Under the pieces are notes generated by a model, which was not told where the DNA came from, searched no databases, and was given only the letters and a program-made list of their open reading frames with translations. A stretch of 64,000 nt of DNA from Squalus acanthias (lineage: Eukaryota): the NCBI GenBank assembly GCA_030390025.1, contig CM059433.1:9052001-9116000 (forward strand). Reading direction: 5' to 3'. Positions 37,117 through 50,570 of the stretch are shown piece after piece (the stretch's first letter is position 1; every line of letters begins with the position of its first letter). Position numbers and translations under genes: made by a program.

Positions 37117-38770
37117 TAGGAACAGGAGGAGGCCATTTAGCCCCTCGAGCCTGTTCCAGCATTCAATGAGATCATGGCTGATCTGCGACCTAACTCCATA
37201 TAAACACCTTTGCCCCATATCCCTTAACAACAAAAATCTATCAATCTCAGATTTAAAATTAACAACTGATCTAGCATCTATTTCCGTTTGCGGAAGAGAG
37301 TTCCAAACTTCTACCACCCTTTGTGTGTAGAAGTGCTTTGTAACTTCAATCCTGAAAGGCCTGGCTCTAATTTTTAGACTATGCCCCCTAGTCCTAGATT
37401 CCCCAACCAGCAGAAATAGTTTCTCTCTAGCTACCCCATCAGTTCCCCTTAATATCTTCAAAACTTTGATCAAATCACCCCATAACCTTCTAAATTCTAG
37501 GGAATACAACCCTAGGTTGTGTAATCTCTCTTCGTAACTTAACCCTCGAAGTCTACACTGCACTTCCTCCAAGGCATTATCCTTCCACTAGTCACATCCT
37601 GCCAATTAGAGTACCTGCCCAATTATCCCGACTCTGTCTCCTGCCACTCAGACAATTTCCTAACTAGGTCAATAATTTGCCTTCAATTCCATGAGCTTCA
37701 ACTTTAGCTAACATTCTCTTATGAGGGACTTTATCAAATGTCGTCTGGAAGCCCATATAAATAACATCCATAGACAGTCACCTGTCCACTACTGTAATCA
37801 TCTCTTCAAAAAATTCAATCAGGTTCATCAGGCATGACCTACCCTTTATAAATCTATGCTGGCTCTCTCTAATCAGCTGAAAAATTTCAAGGTGTTTAGT
37901 CACTATCACTGATGATCTGTCGTTTTACCCATAACAGATTTGCCCAGTTTACTGTGGACAGTCTCTGTCTCATCGCATTGAAGTCAGCCTTGGGAAATCT
38001 AGAATCTGTTTTGCATTTCTCCCTTTCAAACACTACGTTTAACGCGATCATATTATGATCGCTATTCGATAAATGTACACGCGCCGTTAGGCTATTAACT
38101 AAATCTGGTTCATTACTCATTACTAAATCCAAAATAGCCTGCCCCCTTGTTGGTTCTAGGACATATTGTTGCAGAAAACTATCCTGAACACACTTGAAAT
38201 TCACTACCTTTCTGACATAAGCTAGTCTACTTATCCCAATCTACATGAAAGTTAAAATCCTCCATTAAAACCACTCTGTCTTTACTACATGCTTGTCGAA
38301 TCTCTGCATTTATGCATTCTACCACTTCACAGCTGCTACCAGGGGGTCTATACACAACTCCTACTAGTCTTAAATCCTTTTCTATTTCTTAACTCTACCC
38401 ATAAAGTCTCCGCCGCCTGCTTACCTCTCATTATATGCTCTCCTATTATTGAAGTGATTTCATCCTTAATCACTAAGGCTACTCCTCCCCCTCTACCATT
38501 TTCCCTATCTTTCCTGTAGACCTTATAACCGGATATATTTAGTTCCCAGTCCTGACTGTCTTGCAACCATGTCTCAGTAATGGCTATCATGTAATACCCT
38601 CCAAGTTGAATTTGCACCTGCAATTCATTCAATTTCTTCCTTATACTCCGTGCGTTTGTATAAAGAACGGTTATTTGGGCCACACCCCCTAGCCTGTCCT
38701 TCAGCTCTAATGTTTTACTCACATTTTTCTTATTTCTCTCTCCTGGTTTAATTACTTTACATCTTTTAGT
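37117..38770 (-). mobile_element. CR1 LINE with internal deletions (endonuclease to 3' end)
   Basis: YTNARSIRKK..IAITETWL, EPTRGQAILDLV..SDHNMI, TQRVVEVWNSLP. Confidence 0.9.
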
Positions 38771-38956
38771 TTTCCCCTTTACCAGCCTGAGCCCACAGAT
38801 AATAAAATCAGGTAACTTATCATAGACCATGGACTCTGACTCTTCCTGATCTCATGTCTCATTATCACACCACATGTGATTTCACCCACTGAGCGATTAG
38901 AAGTGAGCGCAGAGCATGGAACCATTTTGTCATCGCTCTCAAAATCAATATATAAT

Positions 38957-39718
38957 GGCCCAAATTTTGCGGTCAGCAGCAAACGAACGATACTCGCTGT
39001 TCGTCGCACTTACACTTGCCCACAGATTTTCTGTGGGCTTTTACATTGCGATTTGCAGTAATTAGAGAGCCGAAACAGCGCAGCGCCCACTACAGGGGAT
39101 CTGGGGCGTGTGTGAACAGACAAGCAATGGCGCGCCTCCTCAACCAATCAGACTGACGAATCCTCACTGAGACACGCAGAGTCTAAACTAGGAAGTGCAA
39201 GTTAGAATATTTAATTCAATGTAAAATCATGTACAGAAAGCAAAATAGGAGAGGAAGATGGGATTGAGAGAGAGAGAGAGAGAGAAAAAAGAGACAGAAA
39301 GAAAAAGTTAGAAAAATTTACTTTTTTTAAAAATCGCCAATAATTAAAATCTGAAGGAATGAGACTTCACACTTGTAAAAGTAAATTTTCAGTGCCAGAG
39401 CGGTTGTTTGGTAGTAATTAAGAATTAACGCACCATTAAAAATTCACTTACACTTGAATGGACGACCTTAACTTTTTCCGGCTCATTTAATAAGTAAGTA
39501 CCCCAACTTCACGCCGTTGCATGTATGTGAATGCAGAGCCTCTCGGCGAGGTACCAGTATAGCGAAACTTGTGGAGGAGCAGGGAAAATTGGACAGCAAC
39601 TTCCTGATTTCCACGTTTAACTGCGCGTGTGTGGTTGTCAGAGGTGCTGTCTGATTTACTCCACAATAGCGGTGAGCGCCGATAGCCTCACCGTTATTCT
39701 TACCGCCCAATCCGGGCC
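38957..39718. mobile_element. PIF/Harbinger-like MITE (related to the 29614 family)
   Basis: Ends ggcccaaattttgcggt / accgcccaatccgggcc; left flank AAT. Confidence 0.75.
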
Positions 39719-39965
39719 AAATGTAAAGTAGCTTTTAGGTTAAATAGTGTAGCTCCACTGAAATTATTGCAGCACTCACACTGCAGGCATCATTTAACAC
39801 AACTATAATAGAAAAGGACAAAAGCAAAAATGGATGAGCATTTAAAAAAAAAGCTCCTGATTAATAAGGGACCATTAAATTTCATTTGTAGCAAAGGCTG
39901 GCAAACAGTTTCATTGTGAAGGGTTTTGTTAATGTATGGATAGTGGTGATTGAAAGATTACTCAC

Positions 39966-40106
39966 TGTGTCGAGCATCTGCAGGACTTTATCTTGCTCAC
40001 ATGCATCCAATCCATCAATAACAACCACAAGTCGTGTTTGATTCTGAGTAAAGCCATCAATAGACTTGGCCATCCGGGCCATGAGCTCCACTTCATTCTT
40101 TAGAAC
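39966..40106 (-). CDS. KIDINS220: KIDINS220 coding exon ([14 protein letters not shown]...[23 protein letters not shown]; KAP NTPase Walker B)
   Basis: Acceptor aaag|GTT, donor ACA|gtgagt; 141 nt, phase 0-0. Confidence 0.95.
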
Positions 40107-40939
40107 CTTTTAAAGCAAACAGACAATGTCTTTTCCACCGAAAAAACCTTCTACTATTATAAGTGAACTGTTAGTATTAAAGAAGTTATTTCTACATCTA
40201 GTTCTTTGAGTTGGGAAGAACTGTAACAAATCAAATTAAATGAAAATTATAGGCCCACTCAAAGTTCATCCATGCTTTGGCTGCACAAGAATGCTGTAGC
40301 CAGAAATGTATTCTCTTTCTATCTTTCTCCTCTCTCCAAGCCAGAAGATCAAGCTGAGGTTAGGTTTCACAGGCCCTGCCCTGGCAACCTTCCAGTACAT
40401 CTCTCAAGTGAGCATTCTTCATGTGTAAGTTTAGACAGCGCGTGCCATCAAACTATTTGCCAAGGAGGGTATTACAACCGACCCTGATCCAGTTTTCATC
40501 TAACACCCATTCACAAACTCTTTCCAGCAGGGGTCATTGGATAACAACCAAGAGTAGAGATTGGTTAATTTTCCTTACTTAGCTCAGGAGCACTGAAGTT
40601 AAGTTTTACTACTGCTGATGTCACCCGCCCCAAGCGCCAACCACCACGAGATCAAATGACTCAGCACAGACAAGGATCAAACCGGAGACCTTCTGGCTTA
40701 TGTGACATTGCTGCCCTGGGCAGTGCCTTTGGCCACTATACCTTCAAGCATGCTCATGTAGATTTGTTTTTAAATTAAGGCTCTGAAGTCTAATTTCAAA
40801 CAAGGCTTAGACAGGAAGTCCTCATTTTATTCAATAAAACTGCCTTTTCAACAGTGGTTGTAGGCACAGGCACAATGGGCCGAATGGCCTCCTTCTGTGC
40901 TGCATCATTCTATGATATCTGCAGTATCACTTAGTCACT

Positions 40940-41350
40940 TTGTGTCAGCTTGGCTCAGTTCGTAGAACTGTCACCTCCAGATTACAAGGTTATGGCTCAC
41001 AAGTTTGAGCACAAAATATAGACAGACACTCCAATGCAGCATTGAAGGAGTGCTACATTTCTGGAAGTGCTATAATTTCAACTGAGACGTTAAACAAGAG
41101 ATCCTTGCTGTCCATTTCAATGGATGTTAAAGATCCCATGGCACTATTCAAAATAGAACAGGGAATCGTCTCTCAACCAATATATTTAAAAATAGATCAA
41201 CTTGTCATTCATCTCATAACTGTTTTTGGGGTCATTCCTGGAGCAAAATGGCTGCTGCATTTGTCTACCTAACACCTCAAAATTATTCACTGTGTCAAGT
41301 GCTTTGAGGTATTGGGACATGAAAGTTGACATTTGACTGCAAGTATTTTT
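40940..41350 (+). mobile_element. Degenerate SacSINE1-like SINE
   Basis: gtgtcagcttggctcagt head and aaagatcccatggcactatt core. Confidence 0.7.
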
Positions 41351-41427
41351 CTACCAAATTATATTACTACTGCAAATGCTCCAACAAAGAATCCCTCTGC
41401 ACAAAATGCACTCTCATATCCTACCAA

Positions 41428-42130
41428 TAACAACAACTTGTATTTATATAGCGCCTTTAACGTAGTAAAACGTCCCAAGGTGCTGCACAGGAGTATTTTA
41501 AGACAAAAAAATGTGACACCGATCCACATAAGAAGAAATTAGGGCAGGTGACCAAAAGCTTGGTCAAAGAGGTAGGTTTTAAGGAGCATCTTAAAGGAGG
41601 AAAGAGAGGTAGCGAGGCGGAGAGGTTTAGGCAGGGAATTCCAGAGCTTAGGGCCGAGGCAACAGAAGGCACGGCCACCAATGGTTGAGCGATTATAGTA
41701 CCAGGGATCCTCAAAGAGGGCAGAATTAGAGGAGCACAGATATCTCGGGGGGTTTGTGGGGCTGGAGGAGATGACAGAGATTGGAAGGGGCGAGGCCATG
41801 GAGGGATTTGAAAACAAGGATGAGAATTTTGAAGTCGAGTCGCTGCTTACCCGGGAGCCAACGTGGGTCAGCGAGCACAGGGGTGATGGGCGAATGGGAC
41901 TTGGTGCGAGTTAGGACACGGGCAGCCGAGTTTTGGATGACCTCATGTTTACGTAGGGTGGAATGTGGGAGGTCAGCCAGGAGTGCGTTGGAATAGTCAA
42001 GTCTAGAGGTAACAAAGGTATGGATGAGGGATTCAGCAGCGGATGAGCTGAGGCAAGGACAGAGACGGGTGATGTTACGGAGGTGGAAGTAGGCAGTCTT
42101 AGTTATGCTGCGGATATGTGGTCGGAAGCT
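41428..42130 (-). mobile_element. L2-type LINE 3' end
   Basis: Homologous to 15817-16190; RSTIGGRAFCCLGPKLWNSLP..LKTYLFDQAF. Confidence 0.85.
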
Positions 42131-42181
42131 TTAAGGAAAATTTAGCTACTAGCACAAATACTCACATTAACCACAATTACA

Positions 42182-43122
42182 TTTTTTTTAATTCGTTCCT
42201 GGGATGTGGGCATCGCTGGCAAGGCCAGCATTTATTGCCCATCCCTAATTGTCCTGGAGAAGGTCATAGTGAGCCGCCTTCTTGAACCGCTGCAGTCCGT
42301 GTGGTGAAGGTACCCCCACTGTGCTGTTAGGGAGGGAGTATATTTTGTGCCCTTGCTACCCTCAGTGCTTCTTCCAAGTGGTGTTCAACATGGAGGAGTA
42401 CGGATTCATCAGCTGAGGGAGGGCGGTAGGTGGTAATCAGCAGGAGGTTCCCTTGCCCATGTTTGACCTAATGCCATGAGACTTCAAGGGGTCTGGAGTC
42501 AATGTTGAGGACTCCCTCCCGACTGTATACCATTGTATCTCTGGTGGGTCTGTCCTGCCGGTGGGACAGGGCCTACCCAGGGATGGTGATGGAGGAGTCT
42601 GGGACATTGGCTGAAAGGAATGATTCTGTGAGTATGACTATGTCAGGCTGTTGCTTGACTAGTCTGTGGGACAGCTCTCCAAATGTTGGCACAAGTCCCC
42701 AGATATTAGTGAGGAGGACTTTGCAGGGTCGACCGGGCTGGGTGTGCCTTTGTCCTGTCCAAAGACGGTGCAGAGGTTGATGTCGGTGGTCTGACCAGTT
42801 TTATTCTTATTATTGTTTCTTGTAGAGGTTTGTTCCAACTGAGTGGCTTGCTAGGCCATTTCAGAGGGCAGTTAAGAGTCAACCACATTGCTGTGGGTCT
42901 GGAATCACATATCGGCCAGACCAGGTAAGGACGGCAGATTTCCTTCCCTAAAAGGACATTAGTGAACCAGAGGGGTTTTTACAAAATTATTGATACTCGC
43001 TTTTTATTCCAGATTTATTTAATTAACTGAATTTAAATTCCACAGCTGGGATTTGAACTCACGTTAGTCCAGGCCTCTGGATTACTAGTCCAATAACATA
43101 ACCACTATGGCTACTGTACCCC
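42182..43122 (-). mobile_element. Internally deleted LINE with tRNA-like 5' head
   Basis: Pol III A/B-box-like head, endonuclease N-terminus VLLTNIWGL..QPDIVILTES, 3' end matching 51320-51470. Confidence 0.7.
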
Positions 43123-43370
43123 TGATAAAACACAAAAGTGTAGTCAATCTGATAATTAGGCAGTCGACAAATAGGTTACTGGCATAAATGCTACAATTAA
43201 TATTTAAAATAAATCTAAGACGACACTTGCTGTTTGAATCATGACTATCTGCAAATAAATAGCTCAGAGAGAGAAAAGCAAGAATAAATGAAACAATTAT
43301 AAAATGCATCTTTGGCATTCACACACTTCACCAACATCCTTCTTTCACATTATGCATACAAAATACTTAC

Positions 43371-43669
43371 TTTCATAAAGCCTTCGGGCTTCAGCTTGTG
43401 AAGTTTTGTCGCTGCTAGTAAAACTCGCTTTCTCTGAGAGTGAAGGACAGAATCTAGCACCTGCCACCATGTGTGGCAGTTAAGGACCAGTGCCAGACCA
43501 ATGATGCAAGCAATAGATATCAGAATGGCATTTACGGTTAGGTGTTCCTTATTTGCCTTGAAGATGGCCAGCAGCAAGACGCCAGCAACGAAGCAGGCCA
43601 AGATAAAAATAAAGATGACAAACGATGGGATGCAGCAGGTCTTTTTCCACTTCTTCACTCCTTTTTTAC
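43371..43669 (-). CDS. KIDINS220: KIDINS220 coding exon ([12 protein letters not shown]...WWQVLDS...EGFMK; second transmembrane pair)
   Basis: Within ORF 43350..43706; acceptor aaag|GT (an alternative AG lies 9 nt downstream), donor AAA|gtaagt; 299 nt, phase 1-0. Confidence 0.93.
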
Positions 43670-43832
43670 CTTTAAAAAAGATACAAACCAACATCATTGT
43701 TTTCATAAATCTTAATTTTTGAAGTTAGTGCTCCTTTTAAAAGGGCTACACACACTGTATGGAATACACACACACATTGTATCCCGTTCATTTCACCATA
43801 TCATTTATCTTCAATACTTTTCGTTTCTCAAT

Positions 43833-44595
43833 GGGCCAAAAATTCGGCCCTTCCCGGGTGAGTACACAGTCCGTACTCACCCGTAATGCGTCCCGAAGTG
43901 CCGGTTTCCTGCATGCACTGCGCATGCGCGGGAAACCGGAACTTCCGGTATGGTGAAGGGGGCGGTTCCTAGGTGAACCGTGTGCGCGGTAGAGGCTGCG
44001 CGCACGCAGCACACTTAGATTTTTTTTCAGGTTTCTACGCGAGGGTAAGTATTGAAGAAACTACGCTATTAAAAAGGAGGTGCAAGACCCGTTTTCAACA
44101 AGGTATGTGGTTAATTAAGTATAATTTTAAATTTTTTTCAACAGGTTTATCTTTTTTAGATACTTTAAAGAAAGGTAAGTTTATTTTTATCACTTTTAAA
44201 AAGTATTTAATTTTTTCAAAAATTAAAATTTTTGTTTAAAGTGGTTAATTTATTTAACTATAGTTATTTTATAAATGTGATGGTTTTTAAAAAAAATTAT
44301 TTTAAGTTTAGCTGTTCTTTTGGGGCCGATTTCAATTCACAGATTTGACAGGTCTCCTGTCAAATCTATGAATGAAAGATGGTCTGCTGCCATTGGCTCT
44401 CCATGGCCCACGTGATCCCAGGGGACGCATCGCACTAACTGCACCCCTGGGACACGCAAGCACTGCGCGCCGGCACTTGGGGCAGGCCCAGGAGCTGAAG
44501 TTCCCGTGGGCCCAAAACACAACGGCAGGCGCGGTAGGTAAGAGCGCGCGCGATCCTTACCCCCGCAGCAAGCCGGAGAGGCGAATTTCTGGGTC
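43833..44595. mobile_element. PIF/Harbinger-like MITE (inverted relative of 377-1118)
   Basis: TIR gggccaaaaattcg / cgaatttctgggtc, flanks AAT/ATT; collinear with the reverse complement of 377-1118. Confidence 0.85.
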
Positions 44596-44712
44596 ATTAG
44601 TAATTATTTTAAGTCAGCCTAAGTACACAGAATTCACTGGTTGGTCGATAATGAATATATGAAACGGATTTGAAATTCACGACGAACACTGGACGAGGCA
44701 TCTTAACCACCA

Positions 44713-45447
44713 AACCCCGGAGTTTCCGCTTGGTTTGATTGCACTGATATCTGGGCGCAATCAGATGAAAAAGCGCAAAAGATCGCAGAATTTACAACGC
44801 AAGCGAGTTACGCCCATAACCACTTACGCTCAAGATTCTGCAGTCAAGTACCAGTCTGGTTCAAAAGTCAATTCCCCCCGAAGCAGTCCCACCCACAAAA
44901 CTGGCCACGCCCCGAGATCAGCATGGCAAGTTTCCACCGATTGTACCAGTTTTGGGGGGGGGGGGGGGGGGGGGTGCGTTCATCACAGACACCCGCGGTC
45001 ACATTAATCCATTGTTAATGACCTGCAGCTGCAGTGACCAGCAGCCAATTGAAGCCTCACTCAGGTCTATTTCTCATACTGATGTTACAATTACTTTAAA
45101 TTCAGTTTAAATGAGTTCAAATTCAGTCAATTGATCTTCCCTTGGTACACAAGACCTGTGACCAGCAGTCACTTGAAACCACTGATTGGCCTGTTTCTTC
45201 AGCTGCAGCAATTACTTGGAACACATTCCGTTTAAACTAGTTTAATTCAGCAACCCTGATGCCCCATTGGCCATGTTCCAGTCAGTAATTGATTACGCCT
45301 ACCGACTGGGCTGATTCACGCGAGAGTTTATGTTCGGCCATATGCAAATGAGTTTGCACAGAAACTTGGGCGCAACTGAACCTCAGCAAAGCCAGCGCAG
45401 TTTCCAGCGCATTTTCCCAATTGCGCCCCTGGTGGAAACTCCAGGCC
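44713..45447. mobile_element. PIF/Harbinger-like MITE
   Basis: Ends ccggagtttcc / ggaaactccagg; subterminal gggcgcaa/ttgcgccc motifs. Confidence 0.6.
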
Positions 45448-46794
45448 TAAATTTTGACAGAACCACCAGAGAAATGGGGTAAATGGCCATTTACAACCAT
45501 TTCCTCGGGGAATCCACTAGTCTCCAAGCGATGTTATGGCACTTTGGGAGAAACCCTGTGAAATTTCCAGGTCAATCTTTTTATTCAGCTCATTTGTCTA
45601 GACAGACGAGACAAAATATATTGTTGCAAGGGTACAAAGTGATTCGAGTCTTGCACTGAATGCTTATACAAAAATGAATGTTCAAATTAATTGATCTAGT
45701 TTATGTGGTATTGAACACACAGTAAAGGCAATCTAAATAAGTTTCAGTTCAGACACACAAATGGAACATATCACCACACATTTTCCAGCAGGAACTGCTC
45801 ACGAACTGGGCTCTTTGGGATCAATCTAAGCAGAGGCATGAAGGAGAAGGAATGGGTGAGGTAAAATGAAAAATAGTTGGAAAAGTCAATACACCTGAAA
45901 AATTGGTATACAACTTCAATTAGTTTTATTCAACTTGTTAGGGAATGGCGCACCTTGAAACCTAAAAAGCGGTAGAAAAACTATAAAATAAAGAAGAAAG
46001 AGTTCAGAGCAGGAGTCATGTAAGCAACTATATGCCTACCACCAGGCAATAATAGCCTTTTGTATATCCCCTTACGATCATTAGTTGTCTGCAACGTCTG
46101 GGGTAGTAGACAAGCTCTAACACAATCAGCATAGCTCATGTGGTGCTACTTATAGGTAGTCCACAGTACAGGACAGGAAGCAGAGCCATTGAATGGTTAA
46201 AGCAGTATTGATTCAGGCATCTAAATTAGCGTGACTTGTGTAGCATTTCATCATTTTCATGCTAGTTTATTTTGTTTCATTAGAAACACTATTATACATA
46301 CAGTACTGATTTATCCAACAACGATTCCCTCACTTGGTTAAATTACATTTTTCCAAAACTACTGACATTTGAAATGTCTAAGAATGATTGTACTAATAGA
46401 TTTCTCAGCTAACCCTTTTCTTCAGCATTCGTATTCTTCTTCCACTGCTCGAGTTAGAAGTGGGTGTGTATTTGAGAAGGTCTCGAGGATCTTTTCAAAT
46501 ACACTCAGCAAGGATGTAGAATAACTACAATCCCATCTTCTGCAATTAGTCGTGCGCAGCAGCAGGAAAGACAGCTCCCTTACATTCCTAAACAAAAACA
46601 CTGGTAACTGTGAAGATATCCTATAGGCAGCTTGAGGACTATTTTTTTTTTAATTAATCTGCTTTTCAATTTTAGTGTCTGCATTAGCAAACCGTTAGTG
46701 CTTACAAAATGGAGATGACACAGAACACCACCACCCTTGGTTCAACTGGCAAAAACTCTTCTATAGTAGCTGCAGTAAAAATCCATTTAAGCAA

Positions 46795-49380
46795 TAGAGC
46801 TGTATATTCAAGTTTGCAGATGGCACTAAGTTAGGAGGCACAGTAAGTTGTGTAGATGGGAGTAGGAAGTTACAAAGGGACATAGACAATGAGTGGGGAA
46901 AAACTGTGGCAATGGGAGTTTCAATGTGGGGAAGTGGGAGGTAATCCACTTTGCATCCAAGAAAGACAAATCAGAATATTTTCATAATGGCTAGAGACTA
47001 GGAACTGTGGAAGAGGAAAGGCATTTGGATATCCAGGTACACAAATTGTTAAAAGCTAGTGCACAGGTACAAAAAGTAATCAAAAAAAGCTAATAGGGTG
47101 TTGGCCATAACCTAAAGGGGGTTGAAATACAAAAGGGGCGAGAAAGTGATGCTTCCGTTGTGCAGAGCCGTGGTTATACCCCATCTGGAGTACTGCCTTC
47201 AGTTTTGGGCACCGCACCTTAAGCAGGATATATTGGCCTTTTTGGGAGTACAGTGCAGATTCACCAGAATGATACCATGGTTTAAATTATAAGGACAGGT
47301 TGCATAAACTTGGCCTGCAATTCCTTGAGTTTAAAAGATTGTGGGGTGATCTAATCTTTAAAGTGATAAAAGAATTTGATAAGAGTAGACAGAGAGAAGC
47401 TATTCCCTCTGGTGGGGGAATCCTGAACAAGGTGCACAATCTTAAAATTACAGCTAGGACCTTTCTGGAGTCAAATCAGGAAGCATTTTTTCACACAAAA
47501 GGGGAGTGGAAATCCCAAAAGGCTGTGGATGGTGGGTCAATTGAAATGTTCAAGACTGAGATCGACAATTTTTTTTTATTAGTTAAGTGTAACAAGGGAT
47601 ATGGATCAAAGGCAGGTAAATGGAGTTGAGGTACAGGTCAGCCATTATCTAATGACAGAACAGGCTCGAGGGGCTGAATAATTTTCTGTTCCCAAGTTCC
47701 GTTTCATGAAGCTTAATGGATGTAAAGGTTTCACATCCACGCAAATTAACAGAAGCCAGAAAAACATTCACCACCATGCACATTCACAAACCAGTTTTAA
47801 ATTTAAGTAAGGCAAACTTCGAAGGGATGAGGAATGAATTAACCACAGTAAACTGGGCTGAACTGTATGGGGTAAACCTACAAATAATGGGAAGTATTTA
47901 AATAAGTATTTGGTACAATACAAAACCAGCGCATACCCCAAAAAGGTATTGTTCTTGCAGGCTGATAGGGCAGTAATTGGATGGATTAGATTTGTCCTAT
48001 TTTAGTGGATAATTTTACTGGGTAATTTTCTACCTTGTCAGGTAGATATACTGGAACAGGTTGGCTAGAAGCACGGCTAGTTCTGGAGCACAGGTCTTCA
48101 GCACTAAAGCCAGGATATTGTCGGGGCCCGTAGCCTTTGGTGGGTCCAGTTGTTTGATATCACGTGGGGTGTCCAGTTGTTTCTTGATATCATGCGGGGT
48201 GAATCAATGGTTGCAAATGCTTCACCCTTCTCTTTTGCACTCACGTGCTGGGCGCCACCATCATTGAGGATGGGGATGTTCATCATTTTGATATAATTCC
48301 TCTTGTGCCTATGTCTAAATCAGTTATATAAATGGAAAATGAGAGAGATTCCAACACAGTTGCTTGCAGAACACCACTAGCTACCATCCAGCAATGAAAA
48401 AAACATCCATTGATCCTTACTTTCTGTCCCTTAGTCATTTCTCTATCCATGCAGCTCAGTCCCTTTAATATCACGTGCCTTAATTTGTGCAACAAGGCTG
48501 GTTGTGTGGCACATTAGCAAAAAAAAACCCTGAAAATCCCTAGCATGCCTGTAGTCCTGTGTTGCAGCTTCACCAGGTTGGTACCTCATTTTCAGGTACG
48601 CGTGGTGCTGCTTCCGACATGCTCTTCTACACTCCTCATTGAACCAGGGTTGGTCATCTGACTTAATGGTGATGTAAGAGTAAGGGATATGCTGGGCCAT
48701 AAGGTTACAGATTGTGATTGAATACAATTCTGATGCTGTTGGCATGGTGGATAAGTAGTCTCTATGTACGCTGTCTATATGGACTTCCCAGAAGGCATTT
48801 GATAAGGTTCCACACAAGAGATTACCACCAAAAAATGAGTGCACAGAATTGGCGGCAACCTCGTGACATGGGTTGATAATTAGTTGGGAGGTAGAAGACC
48901 GAGAGTAGGGATAAAGGGAAAGTTCCCTGACTGCCAGAATGTGACAAGTGGTGTTCCCAGGGATCTGTACTGAGGCCTCAGCTTTTCACCATATATATTG
49001 GTGACTTGGATGAAGGAATAGAGTTGGTTATCCAAGTTTGCAGATGACACTAAGTTAGGAGTCACAGTAAGCGGTGTAGATGGTAGCAGAAAGTTACAAA
49101 GAAGCATGGACAGACTAAGTGAGTGGGCATAACAATTCATTAAATAGATTCAAGAAGGAGTTGGATATATTTCTTAAGGCTAAAGGGATCAAGGGATATG
49201 GGGAGAAAGCAGGGACAGGGTACTGAATTTGGATGATCAGCCATGATCGCATTGAATGGCGGAGCAGGCTAGAGGGGCCGAATGGCCTACTCCTGCTCCT
49301 ATCTTCCATGTTTCTATGATTCTATGATAACAATGGCAAATGAAGTTCAATGTGGGGAAATGTGAAGGTGATACTCTTCG
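46795..49380. mobile_element. Cluster of nested CR1 and other LINE fragments in both orientations
   Basis: KFADGTKLGG, DFPEAFDKVPH, DDQPWFNEECRRAC motifs and CR1 3' tails. Confidence 0.75.
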
Positions 49381-50149
49381 GATCTGAGAAACACAAATCA
49401 AAGGGTGGGGAGGAAAGGAGCAGGGGAACGGGGTGGGCTTATATTCCCATAGCTTCCAGCTCCAACATGAGGAACTAGGGGTTGAAAGCTTTATGAAAAT
49501 TGATGAAAGCAGTGTACGTGGGGCTCCCAAGCCATGTGACATGCTGCAATTTCAAAAGCCACAACCTGTACTACAAATGTCCTGAGAGCAAAATCTTGCC
49601 TGTTCTTTCTGATTGCTTCATCTTCCAAAGCATCCGATATGCATGCTACGCCAACCTGAAGAATCACTTCAACAGCAACGGATATCAGGATTACTCAGTA
49701 ATTTTCAGGCTAAGTTACCCTTTTTGTGGATAAAAGCCACAACTGCTCTCTGGAACATTGTGGGTGCGTATGCCTCAAATAGAATCCTAATCACCTTCCT
49801 CAGAAGACAGCTCTGTGAGGAGGTGAAGTTTGGCACTATTCCCCCATCCTAATTAGCTTCCAGGAATTTTGTGTGAATACTGTCCACACGTGCCACCCTA
49901 CCTTTGGATAGCCAATGTAGTGCAGAGTCCACTTCCTTCCATCAAACTGATTAATTAGATATTTGATCAGTGCGATGCACTCCATCAACTTATCAAACTT
50001 CCATGTAAATGGGACCTGTTGGGTTGGAAGCCAACTCAGTATAATGTTCTCCCCGGGCCCCAAGGACGCCCTCAGAGTCCTCTAGACTGCAAAGAAGTTG
50101 TCATAGGCCAGCGGAAACATTTTGACTGTGGTCAACGACAGACTGCGTT

Positions 50150-50570
50150 CAAAGCTTGTGTGTTCAAACCCCACCATCGATGTGAGCACATAATCTAGGA
50201 TGATACCTCGGTGCAGTTCTGAAGGAGTTCTCCATTGTTGGCGGTACAATTTTCAGATGAGACATGAGATCAAAGGCCTGTATCTGCTCAGTGAACAGAA
50301 AAGATCCCATGGTAATTTTCCAAGAAGAGCAGGAAATTCTCCTGATGTGCTGGCCAACTTTCCTCCCTCAACCAACAGCACCAAAAACAGATTACATGGT
50401 CATTTGTTTAATTGATGTTTACGGGATCTTACTGTGTGCAAATTGACTGCTGCATTTGGCTAAAAATGTTACTGCATTTCAAAAGTAATCCATTAGCTGT
50501 AAAGCGCATAGTGACTTTTTGAGGATGTAATAAGTGCTGTGTAAATTAAAGTCTTTTCTTTCTCTTTTTT
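50150..50570 (+). mobile_element. Degenerate SacSINE1-like SINE
   Basis: aaaagatcccatgg core and tail similar to 62688-63150. Confidence 0.6.
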
